Positions 17,192 to 27,100 of a DNA stretch of 32,309 nucleotides are shown here, piece after piece. The stretch covers positions 1 through 32,309 of the forward strand of contig JAEEYY010000216.1 of assembly GCA_016288355.1 (NCBI GenBank). The letters are read 5' to 3'. The DNA is from Synergistes sp. (GTDB lineage: Bacteria > Synergistota > Synergistia > Synergistales > Synergistaceae). How positions within the stretch are numbered: position 1 is the first letter of the stretch; every line of letters begins with the position of its first letter. The position numbers were made by a program, and so were the translations under genes. Below the pieces are notes generated by a model that was given only the letters and a program-made list of their open reading frames with translations, was not told the DNA's origin and ran no database searches.

Positions 17192-18502
17192 CTACTGCCT
17201 GCCCACGTCGCCTATGGAGATGCCGCGGGTATGTTCGGTCTTGGCCCAGTTGCCCTGGTCTTTTGCGAGGAAGGGGGCTTTAAAGAGTATCGGTATCCAT
17301 GTCAGACCGAACCAGAAATAAGCAAATGTATCCTTTACATACCTGAGCGTAAATCTTTTTTCATGGAAAGAGGGGCCTGCCACAGCACAGAGCAGGCAGA
17401 AAAATATTATCGAGAAGATCGGCAGCCCGAAGAAGAGCGCCCATTCGAACGCGGACTGCGGAATGTCGGATGAGGGATAGAGCAGCATGTTGTTCACCAG
17501 AGTGAAGGCCATGCCTCCTATCATGATTATTATCCCGAGGCATGATTTGAGCGGCGCGAGAAGATAAAGAAAGAGATCGAGATACTGGATGCGCCCTGTC
17601 ACGAAGAACGCCTTCAGCACATCCCAGCCGTAATGCCAGAATACCCAGTAATGCCCCTGCATCCAGCGTGTGCGCTGACGCCTCGACACCGCCAGATCCT
17701 GCGGCTTTTCGTCGTATATCACGGCTGCGTCGTTCCAGTGGATCCTGCTGCCGGAGAGTATCAGACGGGTCGACATTTCAAGGTCTTCGGTCAGGCTTTT
17801 TAAGTCCCAGCCGACTCTTGCGAGCGTTGCGGTCCGTATCACGAGCCCGGTGCCGCCCAGCGTGCAGGAAAGCCCCCACAGTCCGCGCGCCAGCTGCCAG
17901 AAGCGGTTCGTGAACCAGTAAGCGAGCGCATATGAGCGTGTCAGCCAGTTGTCGTCCGGATTCTTTACGTCGAGCACTCCCTGTATGGCTTCGGCTTCCG
18001 GATGGAGCTCCATGTAGTTGTTCATTTCCATAAGGAAATTTCTGTCCGCGAGGTTATCGGCGTCGAACATAGCAAGCGCGTCTGTCTCTTCAAACGGTAT
18101 CTTTGTAAGCGCCCAGCGCACGTTCCATGTTTTGCCGTTGTGCTCTTTGTCGAAGCGCTCAAGCGCAACGGCTCCGTGGGCGCGGGCAAGCTCCGCCGTG
18201 TTGTCTGTGCAGTTGTCGCATGAGGCATAGACCTTATAGCAGTTTTTCGGGTAGTTTTGTCCGGCGAGACTCTCAAGCAGCGGCGTTATGACCGCGGCCT
18301 CGTTATGGGCAGGCACCAGTACGGCGAATCTGCGGTAGCGCTTCGCCTGAGGCATATTTTTCTGGCTCCAGAAACCGCGGATGCTTACGAGCAGCTGGTA
18401 AACGCCGTCGCAGATCAGCGCCGTGAGGAAGGTATAAAGGATGAACTGTATGATCCACCAGCCCCACCAGATAAGCCAGTAAAATAATTCTGTCCGGTTC
18501 AT
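17192..18502 (-). CDS. Membrane-embedded GT2 glycosyltransferase (D,D,D,QxxRW type)
   Basis: PAHNE, DNCTD, FDADN, LTEDLE, QRTRW; N- and C-terminal TM helices. Confidence 0.9.
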   Translation of the reverse strand: MNRTELFYWLIWWGWWIIQFILYTFLTALICDGVYQLLVSIRGFWSQKNMPQAKRYRRFAVLVPAHNEAAVITPLLESLAGQNYPKNCYKVYASCDNCTDNTAELARAHGAVALERFDKEHNGKTWNVRWALTKIPFEETDALAMFDADNLADRNFLMEMNNYMELHPEAEAIQGVLDVKNPDDNWLTRSYALAYWFTNRFWQLARGLWGLSCTLGGTGLVIRTATLARVGWDLKSLTEDLEMSTRLILSGSRIHWNDAAVIYDEKPQDLAVSRRQRTRWMQGHYWVFWHYGWDVLKAFFVTGRIQYLDLFLYLLAPLKSCLGIIIMIGGMAFTLVNNMLLYPSSDIPQSAFEWALFFGLPIFSIIFFCLLCAVAGPSFHEKRFTLRYVKDTFAYFWFGLTWIPILFKAPFLAKDQGNWAKTEHTRGISIGDVGRQ

Positions 18503-18569
18503 AAATCAGGCCACCTTTGTCTCTTTGCATACATAACTATCATAACTGCCTTGCGCCGGAATTACAATG

Positions 18570-20480
18570 TCACTTTTCAGTTATCTCCCTGATAAGGTTG
18601 TTTTCCAGGATCAGATCGCTGTAGCGCAGGCGCTTTTCCGCGTCTTCCGTCTCCGCGGAATAAACATTGGAGCTTTCGGAGACTCCGGTGTATATGTTCG
18701 TAGCGGTGCCGGCTGCCGGCTCGACGAAATCATTGCCGGTTATGTAGCTTCCGTTGCGGAACACCACAAGTTCATCCGAAGCGTCTCTCAGCAGATCGCT
18801 GCCGAAGGTCGTCGTGATATCCAGACCGAGCAGCGCGGATACCGTCGGCAGTATGTCCATATGCCCCGCGTTGCGCGAATATACGCGCGGTTTTTTCATA
18901 CTTTCCGGCGTATGCAGCATAAAGGCGACGCGGCGGGTGTATTTCCAGTCAGCGGCGCTTTGTATCTTCATGTCCAGCAGCTTCCCCAGCTCTTCCTTGT
19001 GCGCTTTAGGTATCGCCGGGTGGTCGCCGTAGACCGCTATCACACATTTCTCGAGCAGTCCTTTTTTGCGCAGCCCCTCCACGAACATGCCGAACTGTTT
19101 GTCGAAGTAGTTGAGCGCAAGCAGATAGTTGCCGGTGAGCGTGTTTTTGAGTTCATCCGGCAGCGGCAGCGAATCTTTCGGTATGCCTTCAAAGTCGAAC
19201 GGATGGTGGCTCGTGAGCGTTACGATGAACATATAGAACGGTGTTTTCATATCGTCCAGTATCTCAAGGGCGTGCCCGAATATGACCCTGTCGCTGAGCC
19301 CGAGTCCGATGGCTTCGTCGTGCGGATAAGTGTTATGGCTGTACTGTTTGTTGAAGCGCAGCTTAGGATGCATCCTGTGACAGTTCCAGAAGGCGCTTTT
19401 GGTTCCCTGTATCACGACGGCCCTTGCGCCCCTGCGCCGCATCGCAAGAGCGAGCGAATTATAGTCGTTGTCGGCGTAGAGCGTATAGGCGGCTCCGGAA
19501 GCCGCCGGGAAAAAGCCGGTGTTGGCCATGAATTCCGCGTCAGCGCTGTTGCCTCCGGCGGCCTGGCTCCAGGTATTGGGGAAGTAGAAACATTCGTTTT
19601 TGAAGCGGTTGAGGTTGGGAGTTACCGGGACGCCGCCAATCGCAAGGTCTACCGCGAAGTACTGCAGCGCTTCACACTGTACAAGAATAAGATTTTTGGC
19701 GCGTGTCCCCCGGTGCGGCGCATACCGGCGCGACGCGAACCATGCCGAGATCTCATTGACGGCGTCATAGGGGACATACCGCGGCGTAAGCGCTTTTTTT
19801 GTGAGCGTTATCGCGTCCCACCAGTGAAATGTCGCGGAGCTGATCCATGCGCAGACGGAAAGACGGTCGTACATCGCGTTTATTATATTCGGGCGGAATT
19901 CTTTAAGATGCCATACAGCTCCGTACTGCACCGCGGCGGAGAGAATGAGCAGCACGGCGGATACGCAGAGCACCGTTTTCTTTTTATTACAGAAAGTGAC
20001 CTGCATCCTGCCGCTTCTGATCAGCCATACAAGCAGCAGAATGTCTGCGAACAGCAGCAGGTCACCCGGGGTCGTGAGCGCCCAGATCGATTTGGTTATC
20101 AGTCCTGTCTGCGGCAGAAGCATAAGATCGTGGAATATGAATATGTCTCCGTAATAGCGCACGAAAAGCCTGTCTGTCAGGATAAGCACCGAGAGCAGCA
20201 GATCGAGGATCAAAAGGGCCGCCGTGCGAAGCTTTTGCGGCACAAGCGCCAGCGGCAGCGCGAAACATATGATGGCGCCGAGTGACGGCAGGCAGACAGC
20301 AAGCGCGCGCAGCGAATGTCTCAGCATATGGAAGGATAAAGTGCCGAAGGAAGGCCAGTTCAAAACGTCGGCGACCGCATAGTCCACGCTGAAGAATTTC
20401 AGCCACAGGAGCGCGAAAATCAGCGCAGAAAATGCCGGGCCGCCCAGCTTCAGCGGATCATCTTTTGAAGGTATCCTCAT
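18570..20480 (-). CDS. LTA synthase (LtaS)/phosphoglycerol transferase family protein, divergent paralogue
   Basis: About 5 N-terminal TM helices, then KNLILVQCEAL, TPNLN, GNSADAEF, TSHHPF and YGDH. Confidence 0.87.
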   Translation of the reverse strand: MRIPSKDDPLKLGGPAFSALIFALLWLKFFSVDYAVADVLNWPSFGTLSFHMLRHSLRALAVCLPSLGAIICFALPLALVPQKLRTAALLILDLLLSVLILTDRLFVRYYGDIFIFHDLMLLPQTGLITKSIWALTTPGDLLLFADILLLVWLIRSGRMQVTFCNKKKTVLCVSAVLLILSAAVQYGAVWHLKEFRPNIINAMYDRLSVCAWISSATFHWWDAITLTKKALTPRYVPYDAVNEISAWFASRRYAPHRGTRAKNLILVQCEALQYFAVDLAIGGVPVTPNLNRFKNECFYFPNTWSQAAGGNSADAEFMANTGFFPAASGAAYTLYADNDYNSLALAMRRRGARAVVIQGTKSAFWNCHRMHPKLRFNKQYSHNTYPHDEAIGLGLSDRVIFGHALEILDDMKTPFYMFIVTLTSHHPFDFEGIPKDSLPLPDELKNTLTGNYLLALNYFDKQFGMFVEGLRKKGLLEKCVIAVYGDHPAIPKAHKEELGKLLDMKIQSAADWKYTRRVAFMLHTPESMKKPRVYSRNAGHMDILPTVSALLGLDITTTFGSDLLRDASDELVVFRNGSYITGNDFVEPAAGTATNIYTGVSESSNVYSAETEDAEKRLRYSDLILENNLIREITEK

Positions 20481-22402
20481 CTGACGGCCTCCTTCATGTT
20501 TTCGGACATGCGCGGCATCAGGTCGTGCTCCAGTATCATATCACTTGCCGCAAGCGTTTCCTCCACAAGAGAAGTCATTTTGCCGTATTCGTCAAAGTTT
20601 TTTTCTTCCCCGGTCTTTATGTCGACGGCGCTTTTGTTCTGCGGCATGACAAAAACATCACCTATTATATACGAGCCGCTGCGGAATATGACGGGGCGGG
20701 GCGTATCATCGAAGATGTCCGCGCCGAAGCCGCGCCGCAGATCAAAGCCTAAGAGCAGCGACAATGTCCGCGGCAGACTTATCAGGCCGAAGGAATTCTT
20801 TTTGCCGGCAGGCAGCGCCTTCACTCCCGGGACGCTGATCACGAGAGGCACACGCTGCATATACCTCCAGATATGGTCCTTCGAAAGGTCTTTCCCGAGC
20901 AGCCTGGAAAGCGCGGCTGCGTCCCAGCGCGGTATCGCCGTATGGTCTCCGTATACCGCGATAACGCTTCTGTCATATAATCCTGATTCCTTAAGCCCCG
21001 CGATAAAGGAGCCGAATTCACGGTCAAGATAGTGTATCGCGCTCATATAGTTCCCGACGACGGTGTCTTTGTAATCGCCGATGCCGAAATCCGCGCGCTT
21101 TTTGAGCGCGTCCCAGTTGAAGGGGTAATGACTCGAGAGCGTTATCAGAAAGGCATAGAAGGGCTGTTTCTCATTTTTCAGCATTGCCAGCGACTGTCTG
21201 AAGAAACTGGCGTCGCTCAGTCCCATTCCGATGACCTCGTCTATCTGATAATCCTTCTTGCTGACGAAGCGCTCAAAGCCGAGTGCGGGATACATATGCC
21301 CCCTGTTCCAGAAACCGGCTTTGTCGCCGTGCATCGCAACGGTCCGATAACCCTTTTCACGCAGGTATTTCGGCAGACCGTCGTAGCTGTTGCCGGCAAA
21401 GCGCGTATAGGCGACCCCGGCCGCGGAGGGATAAAGTCCTGCGTTTACCAGAAATTCCGCGTCGGAGCTGTTTCCAGAACTGGTCTGGTTGTACACGGAT
21501 CCGGCAAAAGAGGCATTCCGTACGAATTCGTTCAGATTCGGCGTGACTTCACGCCCGTCAAATCTGAGCCCGATCGCGAATTGCTGAAGGGATTCCACCT
21601 GTATGACTATAAGGTTTTTGCCTTTGGCGGCGCCGAATACGCCTGCCGGCGGGGTGCGGTAAGAATCGATCTGCGCTTCGTACCGCTCTTTTGTTTTTTC
21701 GATATCGCTTTGGCGCAGTCTCTGTTTCCCGGCAAGATCGCGTATCGCGTTCCATGTGTCTGCCAGATGGTATGTCACCGCTCCGACATTGCTGCATACC
21801 GCGGGCCTGTCCCACATTGAGCGCAGCACGCCGCGTATCTTCCTGTTGTAGCTGTGTATGTGCCACGCTGTAACGCCTGCCGACAAAGCGATCAGGAGAG
21901 AGGTGCAGGCAAGACGTTTTGCAGTTACCGCACGAAAGAACGGGTGCACGGATATGCGCCTGAAGACCCGGTAATAAAGGTACAGCAGCGGGATATCCGC
22001 GAACCGGAGGACGTCTTTTACGGATATGAGCGCGGTCACCGACTCCGAAACATCGGCTACCTGAGCGGAGAGCCCGATGTTGTGCAGAGAAAAGAGATCG
22101 GAGTAGAAGCGCATATGGAGGACGTCCGTCAGGACCAGCAGCGTCAGCAGAAAGTCGGCGCCCAGTGAGAGCGGCAGGCGGACGCGTCTCCAGCACAGAG
22201 AAAGAAGCGATACCGCGATAATGCAGAAAGCTGCTGACGCAGCCATGGAAAGAGGGCTGCGGGGCACGCGGCTTGAGACCACGCCCTCAAGAAAGTAAAA
22301 TTTCAGGAAAAGAGCGGCGGCCATAAAGGCGAAGAATATAAGCTCGCGGTAGTCTCTTCCCGCCCGGCGGTAAAGATATCTCGGCGGAGTAATGTAATTC
22401 AT
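20477..22402 (-). CDS. LTA synthase (LtaS)/phosphoglycerol transferase family protein
   Basis: N-terminal TM helices, then KGKNLIVIQVESLQ, TPNLN, GNSSDAEF, MHGDKAGFWNR, SSHYPF and YGDH. Confidence 0.9.
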   Translation of the reverse strand: MNYITPPRYLYRRAGRDYRELIFFAFMAAALFLKFYFLEGVVSSRVPRSPLSMAASAAFCIIAVSLLSLCWRRVRLPLSLGADFLLTLLVLTDVLHMRFYSDLFSLHNIGLSAQVADVSESVTALISVKDVLRFADIPLLYLYYRVFRRISVHPFFRAVTAKRLACTSLLIALSAGVTAWHIHSYNRKIRGVLRSMWDRPAVCSNVGAVTYHLADTWNAIRDLAGKQRLRQSDIEKTKERYEAQIDSYRTPPAGVFGAAKGKNLIVIQVESLQQFAIGLRFDGREVTPNLNEFVRNASFAGSVYNQTSSGNSSDAEFLVNAGLYPSAAGVAYTRFAGNSYDGLPKYLREKGYRTVAMHGDKAGFWNRGHMYPALGFERFVSKKDYQIDEVIGMGLSDASFFRQSLAMLKNEKQPFYAFLITLSSHYPFNWDALKKRADFGIGDYKDTVVGNYMSAIHYLDREFGSFIAGLKESGLYDRSVIAVYGDHTAIPRWDAAALSRLLGKDLSKDHIWRYMQRVPLVISVPGVKALPAGKKNSFGLISLPRTLSLLLGFDLRRGFGADIFDDTPRPVIFRSGSYIIGDVFVMPQNKSAVDIKTGEEKNFDEYGKMTSLVEETLAASDMILEHDLMPRMSENMKEAVR

Positions 22403-22414
22403 CGCTGCTCTGCC

Positions 22415-23938
22415 TTAACGTCCGTAAATGCCGTTCATCTTTTTGTAAAAAGCGCAGGGCTCCGCGGAGAAGCCGGCAAGTTCAGAGGGCAGCATACGCC
22501 ATGCCCAGTTGCCGAGGGGACGGGAGGGCGTATTCATGCGGCATTCGGAGCCGAGTCCCAGTATATCCTGCATCGGTATCACGGCTGTGTCCGCCGCGGA
22601 TGAGAGCGCAAGGCGTATCATGACGCGGGCCGCGTTTTCGGAAGTTATTTCCGTTCCCGCATAGTCGGCAAAACTTTCTTTTTCGGCGTCCGAAGCGCCG
22701 GTCTCCCACCAGCCGCGCACCGTGTCGTTGTCGTGCGTGCCGGTATAGATGACTGAGCGGCGCCCGACATTATGCGGCAGGTATGGATTATCCGCGCCGC
22801 TGCCGAACGCAAAGAGCAGCACGCTCATGCCCGGCAGCGCAAATTCCTGCATAAGCTGCCTTACATCATCGGTTATGATCCCCAGGTCTTCTGCGACGAG
22901 CGGCAGCGGGGCGCCTTTGATATCGCTGCTGAATGCGGCAAGCATCTCCCTGCCCGCGGCATGTCTCCAGCGGCCCTTTTCGGCTGTTTTTTCGCCTGCC
23001 GGTATATCCCAGTATGCGCAGAGCCCCCTGAAGTGGTCTATGCGTATCATGCCGCAGTATCTGAGCATATGGGCCAGACGTCTGCGCCACCAGACAAAAC
23101 CGTCGCGTTTCATTTTTCCCCAGTCATAGAGCGGGTTTCCCCACAACTGTCCGGTCCTGCTGAAATAGTCGGGAGGAACGCCGGCCTGCCCGCGCTGCGA
23201 GCCGTCAGCCTCCAGGCAGAAGAGCTCCCTGTGCGACCATACGTCAGCGCTGTCATGGGCAGTGTAGATCGGAACATCTCCGAAGATAGTCACGCCGAGC
23301 CCGGCGCAGAAGGAAGAGAGCGCCTCAAGCTGTCTGAAGAAGATAAACTGCTCGAATTTGACGAAGAGTATCTCATGAGCGTGTTCAAGCGAAAATGCGG
23401 CAACAGCGGCTTTTTCCCTGAAGGCGAGCCCATGCGGCCAGTCTGTCCAGCTGCGCCCGCCGTTATTCTCTTTTATCACGCGGAAAAGAGCGTAATCGTC
23501 AAGCCAGAAGGTCTCTTGCGCGCAAAAGCGGGCAAAGCCTGAGCGCAGAGGTTTAAAGTTTTCGTTTTCCTGAATAAAGTTTTTGAACGCTGCATCAAGC
23601 AGCTGTTTCCGGCAGAAAGAGGCATGCTCGTGGTCTGAATGCCTTCCGGAAGCGGTTTTGAACCTGTCCGCATCCTCCGGCTTTATAAGCCCCTCTTCGC
23701 AGAGCAGTTCAGGACTTATGAACATACGGTTTCCGGCAAAGGCCGAAGATGAGCTGTACGGAGAATTTCCGAGCGCCGGGTCGACGGGAGTCAGCGGCAG
23801 TATCTGCCATATCGAAAATCCGGCGTCTGCCAGCATGCCGGCAAATCTCCGCGCGCAGCTTCCGAAGTCGCCGGAGCCGAATTCTCCGGGGAGCGACGAT
23901 ATATGCATAATGACTCCGCTCTTTCGTTTCCCCGCCAA
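22415..23938 (-). CDS. malQ: 4-alpha-glucanotransferase (amylomaltase, GH77)
   Basis: HISSLPG, WQILPL, SPYS, GVPPDYFSRTGQLWGNP, RIDHFRG, AEDLG, THDNDT, RMNTP; TTG start after GGAGG. Confidence 0.93.
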   Translation of the reverse strand: MAGKRKSGVIMHISSLPGEFGSGDFGSCARRFAGMLADAGFSIWQILPLTPVDPALGNSPYSSSSAFAGNRMFISPELLCEEGLIKPEDADRFKTASGRHSDHEHASFCRKQLLDAAFKNFIQENENFKPLRSGFARFCAQETFWLDDYALFRVIKENNGGRSWTDWPHGLAFREKAAVAAFSLEHAHEILFVKFEQFIFFRQLEALSSFCAGLGVTIFGDVPIYTAHDSADVWSHRELFCLEADGSQRGQAGVPPDYFSRTGQLWGNPLYDWGKMKRDGFVWWRRRLAHMLRYCGMIRIDHFRGLCAYWDIPAGEKTAEKGRWRHAAGREMLAAFSSDIKGAPLPLVAEDLGIITDDVRQLMQEFALPGMSVLLFAFGSGADNPYLPHNVGRRSVIYTGTHDNDTVRGWWETGASDAEKESFADYAGTEITSENAARVMIRLALSSAADTAVIPMQDILGLGSECRMNTPSRPLGNWAWRMLPSELAGFSAEPCAFYKKMNGIYGR

Positions 23939-24130
23939 AAAAAAACCTCCCTGATAAATTATGTAACTATAGTATTATACACGCAAAAGCCGCGGCAGGT
24001 ATAAGCCGGGACGACGCCCGGCATGTTATACATTGCATTTATATAAGTGTCATAAAATTCACACATAACGGCTGTATAATATCGTAACGTGTCAGATTTC
24101 CGCCGTTTTTTGCCGGGAGTGATCAAATAC

Positions 24131-27100
24131 ATGAAGATTACAGATATTTCGCTGCGACGACCGGTCACCGTCCTTATACTCACGATCGCGACAGTCGTAT
24201 TCGGAATTTATTCATACAAAAACCTCGGCGTCGAGAGGATGCCGAACGTGGAATTCCCCATCGTCGTCGTGCGAACCAACATGGACGGCGCAAGCCCCGC
24301 GATTATCGACAACGATGTTACCGACGTACTGGAAGCGCGCATAAACACGATAGAGGGTATCAAAAATATGAGTTCGAGCAGCTACGAGGGACGTTCGGTT
24401 ATCGTCATCGAGTTCGAACTCGACAGAAATATTGATTTCGCCGCGGCCGACGTGCGCGGCAAGGTCAGCATGGCGACCAACCGCCTTCCCGACGACTGTG
24501 ACGATCCGCAGGTAGATAAATTCGACCCGTCGGATCGCCCGATCATGAATATAGCCGTCAAAAACGACGGCCGCACCGATATGAAGACACTGTCCCGCTT
24601 CGTTGACAAGATCGTGACCGAGCGCCTTCAGACGGTGAAAGGCGTCGGAGGCGTGCAGCTTGCCGGTTTCCGCGACCGTGAGATGCGCGTCTGGCTGCGT
24701 CCGAGAGATCTTGAAAACTACGGGCTTACGACAAAGGATATCAAAAACGCGATATACAACAAGCATGTTGAGCTGCCCGCAGGACGCGTAGAGACAGGCA
24801 CCCGGGAATACGGAATAAGGATAGAAGGGGAATACTCCTCCGCCGCTGAGATGGAGTATCTGCCTGTCGCGGTCAGAAAAGGCGCGGTCATTCGCCTGCG
24901 CGACGTTGCGCGCATTGAAGACGGCTTTGAGGACAAGCGCAGCGGATCGCTCTACGAGGGCAAACCGACCATCATGGTCATGGTGCGCAAACAGAAGGGA
25001 GCCAATGAAGTCCTGCTTTCCCGTCTGGTGCGCGAAAGGATAAAGGAACTGAACAACATCGCCCCTCCCGGCACACAGCTTGTAGTGGCTTCCGACAACG
25101 CAAGATTCATCCTGAGTTCCATGAACGGAGTCTTCTGGGACATAGTGCTGTCGGTCTGCCTCACTTCCGTTATAATGTTCCTCTTCCTGAGGACCATCCG
25201 CGCGACCTTCATCGCCGTTATCACGATACCGGTCTGTCTTTTGGGCAGTATGTCCATGCTGTACTGGATGGGGATCACGATAAACAACATGTCGATGATG
25301 GGGCTCTCTCTTGCTGTCGGGATGGTCGTAGACGCCACGACGGTCGTTATGGAAAATATCTCGCGCCACAAGGACAGCGGCAAAAGCGCTTTCCGCGCGG
25401 CGGAAGACGGCGCGGGCGAAGTGGCCTTCGCGGTGCTTGCGGGCGCTGCCACGACGCTTGCGGTCTTTGTGCCCGTCGCGTTTATGGGCGGCATGATGGG
25501 GCGCTTTTTCAACTCCTTCGGCGTGACTGTCGCCACTACGATATCCATCTCTCTGATAATCTCGCTCACGCTGACGCCGTTTTTGTGCTCGCGGCTGCTC
25601 GGGCGCAGCAAGGCGCCTTCTGCGCTGCAGCGTGCGATGGAAACCCCGTTCCTCTGGCTGGAGGGACGTTACCGCACAGCGCTGGGCTTTGCGGTGCGCC
25701 ACAGGCTCACGGTCCTGCTTGCCGCAGGCGCCCTTTTTGCGCTTGGCGTGGGTATAGCGTCGACGCTCGGCACCGAGTTCTTCCCGAACGAGGACCAGGG
25801 ACGTCTGCGCGTGGAAGTCGAGCTGCCGGCGGATACTGCGCTTGAGGTCACCGATCAGGTCACCAAAGATATGGTGGACATGATCCAGCAGGATGAAGCC
25901 GTCGCCTACACTTACGGCGTAGTCGGCAGCGGCGCGGGACAGGAGGTCTACAAATCTAATCTGAATATAGAGCTGATAGACAGAAAGCTGCGCCCGCGCG
26001 CGCCTGTCATAATGAAGCGTCTGCGCGAAAAGCTGATGTGTTTCCGCGATGCGGATATAAAGATGGGGACCTGGGGCGGTTCCGATATCACGCTCGTGAT
26101 ACAGGGGCCGACGAGTGAGGCCCTTGCCGAGCTGGGAGAGCTTATAAAGAAGGATCTGGCTGAAAATTCACGCGGGCTCGTCGATATCACGACAGACCTG
26201 CAGATGAACAAGCCGCGCATTAACCTGGCGCTCAACAGGGCCCTTGCCGATGATCTGAATATAAGCATAAGAGATCTCTCCGACGAGATGCTCACCTGGT
26301 TCGCGGGGGACAAGAGCGGCTCCTTCAATGACGGCGGCTACCGCTACGATATAGTGCTGCGCTCCGAAAATGACGGCAGAAACGACCCGGAGAAGGTCAT
26401 GAAGACGCTTATCACCACGAAGGGCGGCAAGACGATACCGGCGGAGGGTATCGTAAGAAGCTCTGTCGGCAAAGCGCCCAACGTGATAAAAAGATACAAC
26501 CGCCAGCGTTCGCTGCAGATAGGCGCGAACGTCGAGGGGATATCTCCCGGCGACGGGATAAAGATAATGGAGGAAGTCTTCCGGAAATACGCCCCGCACG
26601 ACGGCACGTACAGCATGGTGCCGGCAGGAGACTCCGAGCATATGAAGGAAAGCTTCGGCTATATGCTTACGGCGCTGATCTTCGCCATCGTTCTCGTTTA
26701 CATCGTTATGGCGATACAGTTTGAATCGTTTATCCACCCCTTTACGGTAATGTTCTCGCTGCCGCTGATGACCGCAGGCTCCTTCGGTCTGCTGGCCCTT
26801 ATGGGGCTGCGTCTTTCCGTGATGAGCTTCATGGGAATAATCCTTCTTGTCGGAGTCGTCGTCAACAACGCCATACTGCTGGTCGATTTCATCAACCAGC
26901 TGCGCGCGGCGGGTGACGATAAGATAACGGCAGTTCTTAAGGCAGGACCGCTGAGGCTTCGCGCCATACTTATGACGACGGTCTCCACGATGGTCGGTTC
27001 GATGCCCGTGGCGCTCGCCCTTTCCCCCGGCGGCGAGATCAGGCAGCCGATGTCTGTCGCGGTAATAGGCGGCCTCTTCACTTCCACGATGCTTACGCTG

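Noticed and set aside
18567-20285. 572-aa plus-strand ORF antisense to the LtaS-like gene
   Set aside because: No recognisable motifs and entirely opposite a well-supported gene; a shadow ORF expected from GC-rich codon bias.
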